The notes under the pieces are model-generated. The model did no database searches. It was given only the letters and a program-made list of their open reading frames with translations, and was not told the origin of the DNA. From NCBI GenBank assembly GCA_043819035.1, contig JBDRFD010000005.1, positions 1-40,999 of the forward strand: a stretch of DNA of 40,999 nt, in the 5' to 3' direction. Origin of the DNA: Patescibacteria group bacterium. GTDB lineage: Bacteria > Patescibacteriota > Gracilibacteria > Peribacterales > Peribacteraceae. Positions 26,930 through 35,674 of this stretch are shown piece by piece. Position 1 is the stretch's first letter; every line of letters begins with the position of its first letter. The position numbers and the translations under genes were made by a program.

Positions 26930-27880
26930 CTACTTCCTCAGCGGCCCCATCTCCATAAGTCGCGACGGGACGATCTTCCACTTGGTAAGCGGCACATTTA
27001 TAAAGAGGACACCGAACACGATGAACACCATACTCAAGAGATGAAAAGAAGTGAGAGGCTCATGCAGGATCACACTGGCAGCAACCACCGCCAACACGCG
27101 TCCTGCGGCTTCGATAACCCCCGCATCAATCGCCTTGATGGTCTTGAGCGCGTTGAAGAAGAGGAAGTACGGAAGGATGAACGCGAAGATCGGCACAGAG
27201 AGCAGCAGCCAGATATTTTCCGGCGCCGAGAGGATCTGAAAGCCAGTCGGTTCAAAGAGGATCATCCAGAGCCCCACAATGATAATCGCGAGCAGTGTGC
27301 GGATCAGGACCACGGAATCGAGGTGGCGGTGCTTGATGTATTTTTTATGGACGATGGTCGTCATCGCGCCGAAGAACGTTGAACCCAGAATGAAAGGCAC
27401 ACCTTTGCTCATATGGAATGCTTGCATGTCCGGCCATAGAATCACCAGTACTCCACATACAATGAAGAATCCTCCAAAAAGCATCTGGCGCCTGAAGCGC
27501 TCTCCCAGAAGGAAAATTCCAAAGAACACCACAAAGAATGGCAGCATGCTCGAGAGAATGATCGACTCAGAGGCAGTGACATGCTGCAATCCCGTGAAGA
27601 AAAAGAGCGGCGCCAGCACACCTCCGGTGAGTGTGGTTATGAGCACACCGAAAAAGTCCCGCTTGCGCATCTGCCACCGCATGTGCCGGTCGAAATCGAT
27701 GTACTCATGGATGAGGAGCACAATCCCCACAATAATGAGCGTGACGAAGTAGAGGCTGGCCGGTGTCCATCCGCGCGCATAGAGAATTTTTGAGAAAATG
27801 GGATTCAAGTTCGCAAGAAGCACCGCGAGGAGCATTTGAGAAAGAGCGAGATGTCGTACGGATGGGGATGTGAAGATCAT
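26930..27880 (-). CDS. DMT/EamA family transporter
   Basis: About 10 TM segments in two EamA-like halves; FFTGLQHVTASE, FLLGERF, ILHEPLT motifs. Confidence 0.9.
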   Translation of the reverse strand: MIFTSPSVRHLALSQMLLAVLLANLNPIFSKILYARGWTPASLYFVTLIIVGIVLLIHEYIDFDRHMRWQMRKRDFFGVLITTLTGGVLAPLFFFTGLQHVTASESIILSSMLPFFVVFFGIFLLGERFRRQMLFGGFFIVCGVLVILWPDMQAFHMSKGVPFILGSTFFGAMTTIVHKKYIKHRHLDSVVLIRTLLAIIIVGLWMILFEPTGFQILSAPENIWLLLSVPIFAFILPYFLFFNALKTIKAIDAGVIEAAGRVLAVVAASVILHEPLTSFHLLSMVFIVFGVLFINVPLTKWKIVPSRLMEMGPLRK

Positions 27881-27900
27881 TGTGGAATGTATGGTACATG

Positions 27901-27980
27901 GTTTAGGGGCTAGGGGTTAGGTATTAGGGCCTAGTACCACCAACTTACAATTCTATCTGCCCCCTAGTCCCTAGCCCCTT
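27901..27980. repeat. Inverted 7-nt repeat (TAGGGGC / GCCCCTA)
   Basis: TTAGGGGCTAGGGGTTAGGTATTAGGGCCTAG versus CCCCCTAGTCCCTAGCCCCT. Confidence 0.75.
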
Positions 27981-28016
27981 GCACTGCTATGCTAAACTTA
28001 ACATTCCCCTTAGCAC

Positions 28017-28400
28017 ATGAAGATTCTCCTTGCCGAAGACAATTCGATCCTCGCAAATTTATATAAAAGCATGCTAGAGAAAGCGGGGCATACGGTTTAT
28101 GTTGAGCCCGATGGAGAACAGGCGTTATACCGCATGCGACGGTGGAAGCCGGATCTGGTTTTACTCGATCTCAATATGCCCAAAAAAACCGGGTACGAAG
28201 TTCTCGCTGAGCGCAAAGGTGATTCGGATCTTAAAAAGATTCCTGTCATCGTTCTCACAGGACTCGATGAGAGTGAAACACGCAGAAAAGCAGAAGAGCT
28301 GGGAGCGGATGGGTACATCCACAAGGTCAAAGTTGAAATAGAACCACTGTTGAAAAAGATTGGTGAGTTGGTTCCCAAAAAAGAGAATTCTAAAGACTAA
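28017..28400 (+). CDS. Single-domain response regulator (CheY-like receiver)
   Basis: ILLAEDN, PDLVLLDLNMP (phospho-Asp), VIVLTG, GADGYIHK. Confidence 0.92.
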   Translation: MKILLAEDNSILANLYKSMLEKAGHTVYVEPDGEQALYRMRRWKPDLVLLDLNMPKKTGYEVLAERKGDSDLKKIPVIVLTGLDESETRRKAEELGADGYIHKVKVEIEPLLKKIGELVPKKENSKD

Positions 28401-28425
28401 GGCAGTACTACCACTGGACCAACAT

Positions 28426-28866
28426 TCACTCCTTCTTCCTCCAAAGGCATCGGACAAGCTTTTCGACAATACCCCCCTTACCTTTCTGCACAACTTCCTC
28501 TTCTTTATATTCTGGATTAGGAAGACTTTTACCAAATGCTTCTCCTTTGCGTACATACTCTGATATCACATGTGCAGATTTCTTGGAATAATTCACATCG
28601 AATTTTTCTTTAAAAACACTTACAAATATCCGAACAACTTCATCTACATTAACTTCACCGTTTTCTAAAAGCCTTCTCAAAAGCTCAATCTTGAATTGCG
28701 TATAAATCTGGTTATGATTATCAAAGTGTTCATATTCAAGCCTTCTCTCATACTCAACTAATTTCGCTTCTAATCTGGGACGAAGTCCTTTATCTGCATC
28801 ATCAGGAAGAATGATACGATAAGATTCGTCTTGCACCTCTCTGCCTTTAGATGAAAAACTAATCAT
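28426..28866 (-). CDS. Hypothetical protein (AT-rich)
   Basis: 146-aa ORF directly downstream of the M23 gene on the same strand. Confidence 0.6.
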   Translation of the reverse strand: MISFSSKGREVQDESYRIILPDDADKGLRPRLEAKLVEYERRLEYEHFDNHNQIYTQFKIELLRRLLENGEVNVDEVVRIFVSVFKEKFDVNYSKKSAHVISEYVRKGEAFGKSLPNPEYKEEEVVQKGKGGIVEKLVRCLWRKKE

Positions 28867-28872
28867 AAATAA

Positions 28873-30075
28873 CTATGGAAGAACATTACGCGGATCCACA
28901 TTCACCCCACCCTTAATAACTTCAAAATGCAGATGTGCTCCGGTTGTAGTCGGCCCCGCGCCACGCGTACCGGGCTGCCCCCCACTCGCGCCAATGATCT
29001 CGCCGGCCGACACATCCTGTCCCGCGTGAACTGCGATGTGTGTAAGGTGGCCGTAAAGTGTTGCGTATCCACCGCGATGTCCGATGAGTACATAGGAATA
29101 ACCATCCACTCCCCCGTTCTTTGTAAGGAAGACGACGCCGTCAGCTGCACTGACAATGGGACTGCCCTGTGCAATTACAATGTCCATGCCCCTGTGAGGA
29201 ATCCCAAAATACTTCTGATAGCTCGGCTGCATGAATGTTGCCGAAATTGGGCCATATGCGGGCCATGTGAACTTCGGTGTGAATGGGACGATACCCTGCG
29301 AATGCTCGCCAGGCTTAGGATCCATCAATCTCTTCTCAATCAACTTCCGTTCCGCTTTTGCTCGTAAACGTGCATCGATACGTGCTAACTCCGATTGCAT
29401 TCTGAGAACCTGCGTATGCACCTCTTCCATCACGCGCTTGATCTCATCGGTGCGCCCACCGCCTATCTCCCCGTACTGCTCAGCCCGGTTAATGGTGTAG
29501 GCAACCTGGTCGTATTCCTTTTGAAGCGATTGCTGACGTTGCTCGAGGGATGCGATGGTGTCGTCGCCCTCCCCCACTTCGGATAACAGAGACTTGAGGT
29601 GCGTGAGTTTTTCATTGAGCACACGTTCCTGAAGCTGCTTTCCGGAAAGAACACTGACAGAAGAAAGTAGAAATGACTTGAGGTTCGTTGATGCGGCACC
29701 GTGGAAAGGAGATCGGTCGTACAAAGAGAACAACTGGAAAGGTACTTTCTCCCATCCACCTTTGCGTTCACTATCGAGACCGAAACTTTCCTCGAGTTGA
29801 TCAGAGACACTTCGATAAGATGCGATCTGCATGTCAACGTCTTGTTTCAGTCGCGCAACTTCCTGTAGTCGCGCTCGCGCCTTCTCAGCTTCTTCTTCAT
29901 TAACTCCCTTAACATAACGCTGAACACGATACTGCCCGACTGCACGATCAATTGCCTGATCAAGCTTCTCAACTGCTTGGCTCCTCTCATCGGGATCTGT
30001 TAATGCAAACGTCATGAGCGGCACGAGCGCCACAAGGAGAACGGCAGTCACAATGAAACGTTGAATAGTGTGCAT
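28873..30075 (-). CDS. M23-family peptidase with coiled-coil N-terminus
   Basis: Signal peptide, coiled coil, then HRGMD, YATLYGHL and GAHLHFEV zinc motifs. Confidence 0.92.
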   Translation of the reverse strand: MHTIQRFIVTAVLLVALVPLMTFALTDPDERSQAVEKLDQAIDRAVGQYRVQRYVKGVNEEEAEKARARLQEVARLKQDVDMQIASYRSVSDQLEESFGLDSERKGGWEKVPFQLFSLYDRSPFHGAASTNLKSFLLSSVSVLSGKQLQERVLNEKLTHLKSLLSEVGEGDDTIASLEQRQQSLQKEYDQVAYTINRAEQYGEIGGGRTDEIKRVMEEVHTQVLRMQSELARIDARLRAKAERKLIEKRLMDPKPGEHSQGIVPFTPKFTWPAYGPISATFMQPSYQKYFGIPHRGMDIVIAQGSPIVSAADGVVFLTKNGGVDGYSYVLIGHRGGYATLYGHLTHIAVHAGQDVSAGEIIGASGGQPGTRGAGPTTTGAHLHFEVIKGGVNVDPRNVLP

Positions 30076-30130
30076 TTCCCCCTATTATAGCGCAAAACAG
30101 TACCGTTTTCCATTTTAATCTTAAATTTTA

Positions 30131-30304
30131 AGGTTATAGGTTGTAGGTTAAATCCGCCTTCGTCCATTCCCCTCAAAAGGTCGAGGGACTACGGCGGACA
30201 AGTAGGTTTTGGGAACAGGTTCAAAGGGGACAGGTTCTTCTATGTACCACCTTCTAACCTTTAAACCTAAAACCCAAACCTAATCACCTAATCACCTATC
30301 ACCC
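30131..30304. repeat. Inverted TAGGT(T/G)x 7-nt arms with an inserted REP-like hairpin (30153-30198)
   Basis: AGGTTATAGGTTGTAGGTT [TCCGCCTTCGTCC...GGACTACGGCGGA] ...TAGGTTTT; right arm AACCTAATCACCTAATCACCTATCACC. Confidence 0.75.
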
Positions 30305-30355
30305 TTTTAGGAGCTAGTACTCCCAATACAGCTCCGTCACTGCTACAATTGCTCC

Positions 30356-30940
30356 ATGATTTCCCTCCTCCGCGGCATCATCTCTAAAGGCGCATCGCAA
30401 GAACTCACAATAGACGTTCACGGAGTGGGCTACTTGGTCCATGTCCCTATCAATGTGTGGGACAATGTAAAGGAGGGCGAGAGGCAAGAGCTGTACATCA
30501 AAACCTTCGTCCGCGAAGATCGTTTCGACCTTTTTGGATTTCTGGATAAGATGAGTAAGCTTCTGTTCGAAGAAGCGATTGGTCTGCCCGGTATCGGACC
30601 GAAGACCGCTCTGGAAATCTGTTCGGTTCCCCGTCACCTGCTGCTTACTGCCATTGAACAACAAGACTCAAAGCTGCTTAGCTCTATTAAAGGAGTCGGG
30701 AAGAAAACAGCTGAGAAGCTCTTGGTGGACCTAAAGTCACTCACAGAAAAACACCCACAGATTTTCGCAAAAGAACGTACAGAAATGGCCGGAACCACTG
30801 CACACTTCGACCAGGACGCGATTGATGCGCTCAAGGCTCTCGGATACGACACGGCAACTGCACTTCATGCCCTCAAAAACACGCCAGAAGATGCAAAAAC
30901 TTCAGAAGAACGTGTTGCATCGGCCCTTCGTTCCCTATAA
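30356..30940 (+). CDS. ruvA: Holliday junction branch migration protein RuvA
   Basis: MISLLRG..DVHGVGY, VREDRFDLFGF, GIGPKTAL, GVGKKTAEKL, DALKALGY. Confidence 0.97.
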   Translation: MISLLRGIISKGASQELTIDVHGVGYLVHVPINVWDNVKEGERQELYIKTFVREDRFDLFGFLDKMSKLLFEEAIGLPGIGPKTALEICSVPRHLLLTAIEQQDSKLLSSIKGVGKKTAEKLLVDLKSLTEKHPQIFAKERTEMAGTTAHFDQDAIDALKALGYDTATALHALKNTPEDAKTSEERVASALRSL

Positions 30941-30951
30941 TAGCCACCCTC

Positions 30952-31020
30952 GCCGGATTCCTGATTCCTAATTCCTGATTCCTGATTCCTGATTCCTAAT
31001 CCCGGATTCCGGATATCGGC
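30952..31020. repeat. 7-nt tandem repeat (GATTCCT)n
   Basis: GCCGGATTCCTGATTCCTAATTCCTGATTCCTGATTCCTGATTCCTAATCCCGGATTCCGGATATCGGC. Confidence 0.85.
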
Positions 31021-31045
31021 ACCAAGGCTAAACTACCACACTTAT

Positions 31046-32332
31046 ATGCTCCAACTTGATATCACCGGCGCATTGGCCAAAACCATCACGCCGTCACTCG
31101 GGATTCCCGATCAGGAGCTCTCCGCACTGCGCACGACCATGAAACGAAACACGGAGGACTTCCTGCGTGAACGCGAAAAGGGTGAGCACCCGTGGTCCAT
31201 GGATCCGTACGACAAGCAGGCGATCACCGCTGTCAAAAACGCTGCGCAGTATGCACGGACAGAAAAAATCCGCCAGGTGGTGTGGATCGGTATCGGAGGA
31301 TCGGGGCTCGGGCCCAAAGTGATTCAGGAAGCATTCGAGAGTCCCGCAACCACTGAATTCATTCTCCTGGATTCGATCGACCCCGCGATGATCGAGATGA
31401 ATATGAAATTGATTGATTGGAAACGTGCACTGCTCGTGATTGCCAGTAAATCCGGAGGAACGCTGGAACCCATGAGCCTCTTCTTTTTCTGTTTCGAACA
31501 GTTGAAAAAAATAATGAAGGACCGCGCACCTCAACGCGTTATTGCGATCACAGATCCGCAAAAAGGAATACTCCATGATTTCGCGAAAGAACAGGGCATC
31601 CCGATGCTCTCCATTCCTCCGGGAGTCGGTGGACGCTACTCAATCTTCACTCCTGTCGGACTTTTGCCACTCGCGCTCCTTGGAGGAGACGTTGATTCCT
31701 TTGTGGAGGGTGCAAAGAAAATGGATACGGCTTGTCAGAACACTGTCCTCGACGAGAGTCCCGCCTCACTCCTCGCAAGCGTGCAGTTCCTTCTCGACAC
31801 CAAGCGTGGATACCCGATTCGCGTGATAATGCCCTACTCAAAACGGCTCGAATCGATTGCGCGCTGGAATCAGCAGTTGATTGCCGAGAGTCTTGGAAAA
31901 ACGGAGACACATAACCCCATCCCACTGGCTGCAATTGGGACTCAAGATCAGCATTCACTCCTCCAACAATGGCTCTCCGGTCCGCGCAAGTGCTGGCATA
32001 TCTTTATCAAAGAAGAGAGCACCGGATCCGTTGCAGTCCCCATGGAAGTAGAAGAATCCTTCTCCTACATTGCCGGTAAGAAGTTTGGCGAGCTCTTAGA
32101 CGCATGCCACCAGGGAACGAGCCAGGCACTCATGAGTGCAAAACGTCCGCACGTAACGATCTCGCTACCGAATTTTTCTGAGGAATCGCTCGGGCAACTC
32201 TTCTTCCTCTTCCTCACGGAAGTCATCTTGCTCGGGAAGCTATACCGCATTGATCCGTACGGGCAACCTGCAGTGGAGGTTGGGAAGAAGATTACGAAGA
32301 GTATCCTCTCTGATAATGAAACAGACGTTTAA
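31046..32332 (+). CDS. pgi: Glucose-6-phosphate isomerase
   Basis: GIGGSGLG, ASKSGGTLE, VGGRYSIFTPVG, QLIAESLGK, GTQDQHS, DPYGQPAVEVGK. Confidence 0.95.
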   Translation: MLQLDITGALAKTITPSLGIPDQELSALRTTMKRNTEDFLREREKGEHPWSMDPYDKQAITAVKNAAQYARTEKIRQVVWIGIGGSGLGPKVIQEAFESPATTEFILLDSIDPAMIEMNMKLIDWKRALLVIASKSGGTLEPMSLFFFCFEQLKKIMKDRAPQRVIAITDPQKGILHDFAKEQGIPMLSIPPGVGGRYSIFTPVGLLPLALLGGDVDSFVEGAKKMDTACQNTVLDESPASLLASVQFLLDTKRGYPIRVIMPYSKRLESIARWNQQLIAESLGKTETHNPIPLAAIGTQDQHSLLQQWLSGPRKCWHIFIKEESTGSVAVPMEVEESFSYIAGKKFGELLDACHQGTSQALMSAKRPHVTISLPNFSEESLGQLFFLFLTEVILLGKLYRIDPYGQPAVEVGKKITKSILSDNETDV

Positions 32333-32400
32333 TTGACAATGGACAATTGACAATGAATTTTGTGACATAATTCTCAATTATCAATTGTCAATTGTCAATT
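32330..32400. repeat. Inverted 7-nt repeat (TTGACAA / TTGTCAA)
   Basis: TAATTGACAATGGACAATTGACAATGAATT versus AATTCTCAATTATCAATTGTCAATTGTCAATT; related to 37111-37138. Confidence 0.85.
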
Positions 32401-32457
32401 TCGCTGGCTCTACGAAAAGCAATTGCTATACTCAACTCGAATTTTCCCCTAATTTTT

Positions 32458-32775
32458 ATGGCTCAAGAAATCACAGATGCCGAATTCGAAGCAGAAGTGC
32501 TAAAAGCAGACACTCCTGTCCTTGTGGACTTCTGGGCTCCCTGGTGTGGGCCATGCAAATCTATGTCCCCCATTATGGATGAACTTTCCACCGAGTATGA
32601 AGGAAAGGTTAAAGTGGTGAAGGTGAATGTGGATGAAAATACCGAGACACCCGGGAAGTTCTCTGTGATGAGTATCCCCACCTTCATTATCTTCAAGGAT
32701 GGTGATGCGGTCTCGACGTTCGTTGGCGCGAAGTCTAAGGAGGATATGAAGAAGGAGCTGGATGCAGCTTTATAA
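32458..32775 (+). CDS. trxA: Thioredoxin
   Basis: VLVDFWAPWCGPCK, VMSIPT; start set at ATG 32458. Confidence 0.97.
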   Translation: MAQEITDAEFEAEVLKADTPVLVDFWAPWCGPCKSMSPIMDELSTEYEGKVKVVKVNVDENTETPGKFSVMSIPTFIIFKDGDAVSTFVGAKSKEDMKKELDAAL

Positions 32776-33110
32776 AGGAAACCTAGGAATCCAAGAAAAC
32801 TTAGGAATCCAAAGGTGCTCAGATGAAAAATTCACAGATATAGCTGAATCAACATAAAACGACATAGGATCATATGCATCTGCAGTTGCGATTCGAACTC
32901 AAGCGGGCTGAAGCCCTTGTGCGACTTCATCGTTAACCCAGCCCTTAAGGGCTGGGTTAACGAATCAAATAAAATTGGGCTTTAGCCCTTTAAAAGCTAC
33001 AGCTTTTTAGTGAATTCAATATGACAAATTATATTGATCTGGCTATATGAGTAGATGAAATACTTCATCCCCTTGGCTTCCTCGGATTCCTCGGTTTCCT
33101 TGGATTCTTT
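32775..33110. repeat. Composite element: inverted 9-nt arms enclosing a REP-like triple palindrome
   Basis: Arms AGGAAACCT/AGGAATCCA (32775-32815) versus CTTGGCTTC/CTCGGATTC (33071-33110). Inside: GGGCTGAAGCCC (32905), a perfect 34-bp palindrome (32930-32963) and GGGCTTTAGCCC (32977). Confidence 0.8.
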
Positions 33111-33165
33111 TGTAAGGAGTGTCGAAAGATTGAACCCCACTCTGCGTTGTTCTACAATCCCAGCT

Positions 33166-33405
33166 ATGGGACGCATCATCCTCGGTCTTATGGGCATTGC
33201 ACTCTCGTTTCTCATCTTTCGTTTCAGGAGAATGATCGGTGATACGATTGGAGAAGGTGCGTGGATGCAAAAGATCGGTGGTGTGTACACCGTGGTTATT
33301 TACGCCGGCATATTCATCTTCTTCTGGAGCCTGCTGATGATTTTCAACCTGACGAATATCTTTATCGCCCCGTTCATTGCGCCCTTCCGGGCATTTGGGT
33401 TGTAA
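33166..33405 (+). CDS. Small two-TM membrane protein, probably leaderless
   Basis: TTGAAC-N17-TACAAT promoter (33130-33158) ends 7 nt before ATG 33166; sequence begins MGRIILGLMGIALSFLIF and has a second TM segment. Confidence 0.7.
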   Translation: MGRIILGLMGIALSFLIFRFRRMIGDTIGEGAWMQKIGGVYTVVIYAGIFIFFWSLLMIFNLTNIFIAPFIAPFRAFGL

Positions 33406-33466
33406 AATTTCCTCGTAAGCTTAGTAGATTTTCGCTATCAACTCTGTACAATTCTCACGCTCTTGT

Positions 33467-33530
33467 GGGGCTGTAGCTCCCTCCTTCGTCCACCTGCGGC
33501 AGACTACGGAAGGGCGGGCCAGTTTGGTAC
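33467..33530 (+). pseudogene. tRNA 5' fragment interrupted by a REP-like hairpin
   Basis: GGGGCTGTAGCTC (identical to tRNA-Ala nt 1-13), then CCTTCGTCC..GACTACGG..GGGC, then D-loop-like CAGTTTGGTA. Confidence 0.5.
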
Positions 33531-33561
33531 CCTTGTTCTTTTTCTTCTCTAAACACACTTC

Positions 33562-33638
33562 GGGGCTGTAGCTCAGTTGGCTAGAGCGCCTGCTTTGCAA
33601 GCAGGAGGTCAGGAGTTCGATTCTCCTCAGCTCCACCA
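33562..33638 (+). tRNA. tRNA-Ala (TGC)
   Basis: GGGGCTG acceptor with G3-U70, anticodon arm CCTGC-TTTGCAA-GCAGG, T-loop GTTCGATTC, encoded CCA. Confidence 0.98.
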
Positions 33639-33756
33639 CTACGTGTCTGCGTAAAGAGACCCGACACTTTGACCAATAGATGCAAAATTTCTAAGACCCG
33701 AGTGGTTCGAATCTCTTCAGGTCGGAAGCGAAAAAAACCAATGAACCGCATAGTCA

Positions 33757-34272
33757 CTAGCGTTTTTTGCTTTTTTCGAACGATCTGATGATTTCCTCTT
33801 GTTCTTTGTCATCGATAGGACAATTTCCACATCGGTACTCGCTACAGAGAACAGAGTACCCTCCTTCAGGAAGCGCGATGCGCGTACCGCATTTTCCGCA
33901 GTGGGTTGGTTCGAAAGATGGTGGATTATCCAATATTGTGAAGTTGTATTCATTGGTGCCATACCAGACGTAAATTTCCATCTCATGCTTGAAATCAGAG
34001 AGACATTTCTTACAATCCTTCCAATTTCCCCCATGCTCTTCACAGGCATGATATCCACAGAGTGTGAAGCGCCTGTGGTTTCGCGAACAGCTGTTCCGAG
34101 CATAGGAAAAGAGCACATACCCATCTTCATCGTCGCAAATCCAGTTGCCACAACACTCTGTCTTTATAAGTTTCTTTCGTACAGAGTCACAGAGGCCGCA
34201 CCTTTTCCTTATCTTTTTCTTTGTCGGCCGAGTTGATGCCGTCCCGTAACGAGAGTTTGACATAGCAGACAT
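33757..34272 (-). CDS. Cys/His-rich putative zinc-binding hypothetical protein
   Basis: CGLC, CCGNWIC, C..H..C..H..H, CKKC, CGKC and CGNC clusters. Confidence 0.75.
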   Translation of the reverse strand: MSAMSNSRYGTASTRPTKKKIRKRCGLCDSVRKKLIKTECCGNWICDDEDGYVLFSYARNSCSRNHRRFTLCGYHACEEHGGNWKDCKKCLSDFKHEMEIYVWYGTNEYNFTILDNPPSFEPTHCGKCGTRIALPEGGYSVLCSEYRCGNCPIDDKEQEEIIRSFEKSKKR

Positions 34273-34414
34273 ATGCTGCCTTTGCGTTCAATCTTATGCA
34301 AGCAAGAATGTATGAGCTGACAGGCCGTTAAACGGGTGCTGACTTGAGGTTTTTGCATAGGAAATGGAGTGAAATTGTAGCGCAAAACGCACGTATCTAT
34401 GCTATAATACGTCC

Positions 34415-34597
34415 GTGACATTCGGTACAGGCACTCCACTTCGGCAATTCTCGTCTCATCTGCGTAACGCAGCAGCAAGACACCAGATTATTCTGGATCG
34501 CGTAGAGCGAAACAGCGTTATTGAAGGACTGCCTCGTTTTACAAAAAAGAGTAAAGCGGAATGTCTTCAGGAAATTAAGAAGGTTTCGAAGAGTTGA
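34415..34597 (+). CDS. Small protein, possible Fic antitoxin-like
   Basis: TGcTATAAT 6 nt before the GTG; contains RNSVIEGL, resembling the (S/T)xxxE(G/N) Fic-inhibitory motif; 3' end overlaps the fic 3' end. Confidence 0.45.
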   Translation: MTFGTGTPLRQFSSHLRNAAARHQIILDRVERNSVIEGLPRFTKKSKAECLQEIKKVSKS

Positions 34598-35222
34598 ATG
34601 CTTCAATAATAAGAGTTTGCATTGGCGCAAAGTCTTTGAGTATCGCCGCTGCAGCTGCTTTAATGTAGCGTTGTTTTCCTGCATCTGAGTCGTCGTATAC
34701 AAGTGGCAGCCTTCCCGCTTGCAGTGCCATTAAATCTGTTACCAATTTAATTGTTCTGGCATTGCCTTCACGAAAAGGGTGAATGGCAAGGAATTCACCC
34801 TGAATGTGCGCGATTGCATTACAAAAATCTTCATCGCTTTGCAGTAATAGTATGGGATATTTGTTCAGTATATCTCGCTCAAATTCTCTCATTGCTTCAT
34901 CAAGGTAATCCGGCGGTGGCCACGTCACTCCGGTTTTACTGATAGTGACCGTACGCCACCTGCCTGCCCATTCGTACAGATCACCGAAGATTACATTATG
35001 AACATGTCGTATAAATTCCGATGTCATCGGCGTATCTGAGCGAACCTCTTCGAACAGCAATTCATACGCTCTGGCCAATGCCTTTTCCTCTTCAAGCTGC
35101 AGAACCTGTAGATCATTGATGTTGTCCTTGTTCTTGAGGATGGTTTGCTGTTCATCCGTATACTCATTTTCAGCTCCTCCGACACTGTATCGGGAAGTCG
35201 ATTTGTGGACATCTTTTTTCAT
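34575..35222 (-). CDS. Fic/DOC family protein
   Basis: HNVIFGDLYEWAGRWRTVTISK and HPFREGNARTIK motif; start set at ATG 35222. Confidence 0.92.
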   Translation of the reverse strand: MKKDVHKSTSRYSVGGAENEYTDEQQTILKNKDNINDLQVLQLEEEKALARAYELLFEEVRSDTPMTSEFIRHVHNVIFGDLYEWAGRWRTVTISKTGVTWPPPDYLDEAMREFERDILNKYPILLLQSDEDFCNAIAHIQGEFLAIHPFREGNARTIKLVTDLMALQAGRLPLVYDDSDAGKQRYIKAAAAAILKDFAPMQTLIIEAFNSSKPS

Positions 35223-35385
35223 ATATACATCATACCCCAATCCATCCATAAGCCAGAAATTTGCAGTAAATGGAGATTGATAATGTTACTCGAGTGTATG
35301 ACCCGACTCACAACCTATACCAAGAGATGTAAAAATACTGGAGACCCGAGTGGTTCGAATCGTTTCATCTCCACCACATTAACCA

Positions 35386-35652
35386 CTAAAGATGACGTAG
35401 TAGATTCTGAAGTATTGGTCCTTGTTTTTTGACAATTGCGTAACGCACAAAAAGCCCCTTTTTCTTTCTTTCAATAACACCTGCTGCCTCAAGAATCTTG
35501 AGATGTTTTGAAGTGGACTTTATTTTAAGATTAATAGCTTCTGCAATATCACTTACAGTCGCTGTTCTTGTTTTGAGAAACGAAAGAATCTTGAGTCTAT
35601 TACGATTAGCAATGGACATAAGACGACATTCGAAAGTACGGAGTTTATCCAT
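35386..35652 (-). CDS. ArsR/SmtB-family transcriptional regulator
   Basis: IANRNRLKILSFL..TVSDIAE..STSKHLKILEAAGVI..KKGLFVRY winged HTH. Confidence 0.9.
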   Translation of the reverse strand: MDKLRTFECRLMSIANRNRLKILSFLKTRTATVSDIAEAINLKIKSTSKHLKILEAAGVIERKKKGLFVRYAIVKKQGPILQNLLRHL

Positions 35653-35674
35653 AAGACAATAGAAAAAGGTGCTA

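Larger units (their letters stand above)
33639..35376. mobile_element. Small tRNA-linked islet bounded by att-like repeats
   Basis: AGACCCGAGTGGTTCGAATC at 33694-33713 and 35342-35361; the second continues GTTTCATCTCCACCA, resembling the tRNA 3' end. No integrase in the window. Confidence 0.6.

Noticed and set aside
26135-27752. Long + strand ORFs 26135..26722, 26864..27382, 27279..27752 and similar overlapping ORFs elsewhere
   Set aside because: They are antisense to hydrophobic or well-identified genes and have atypical composition.
5236-33165. N-terminal extensions of ORF-track calls at 5236, 15854, 25212, 32392 and 33055
   Set aside because: They are translations of intergenic micro-repeat elements; downstream starts match family N-termini or promoters.
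33421-33639. 72-aa minus-strand ORF MVELRRIELLTS...
   Set aside because: Antisense shadow of tRNA-Ala.
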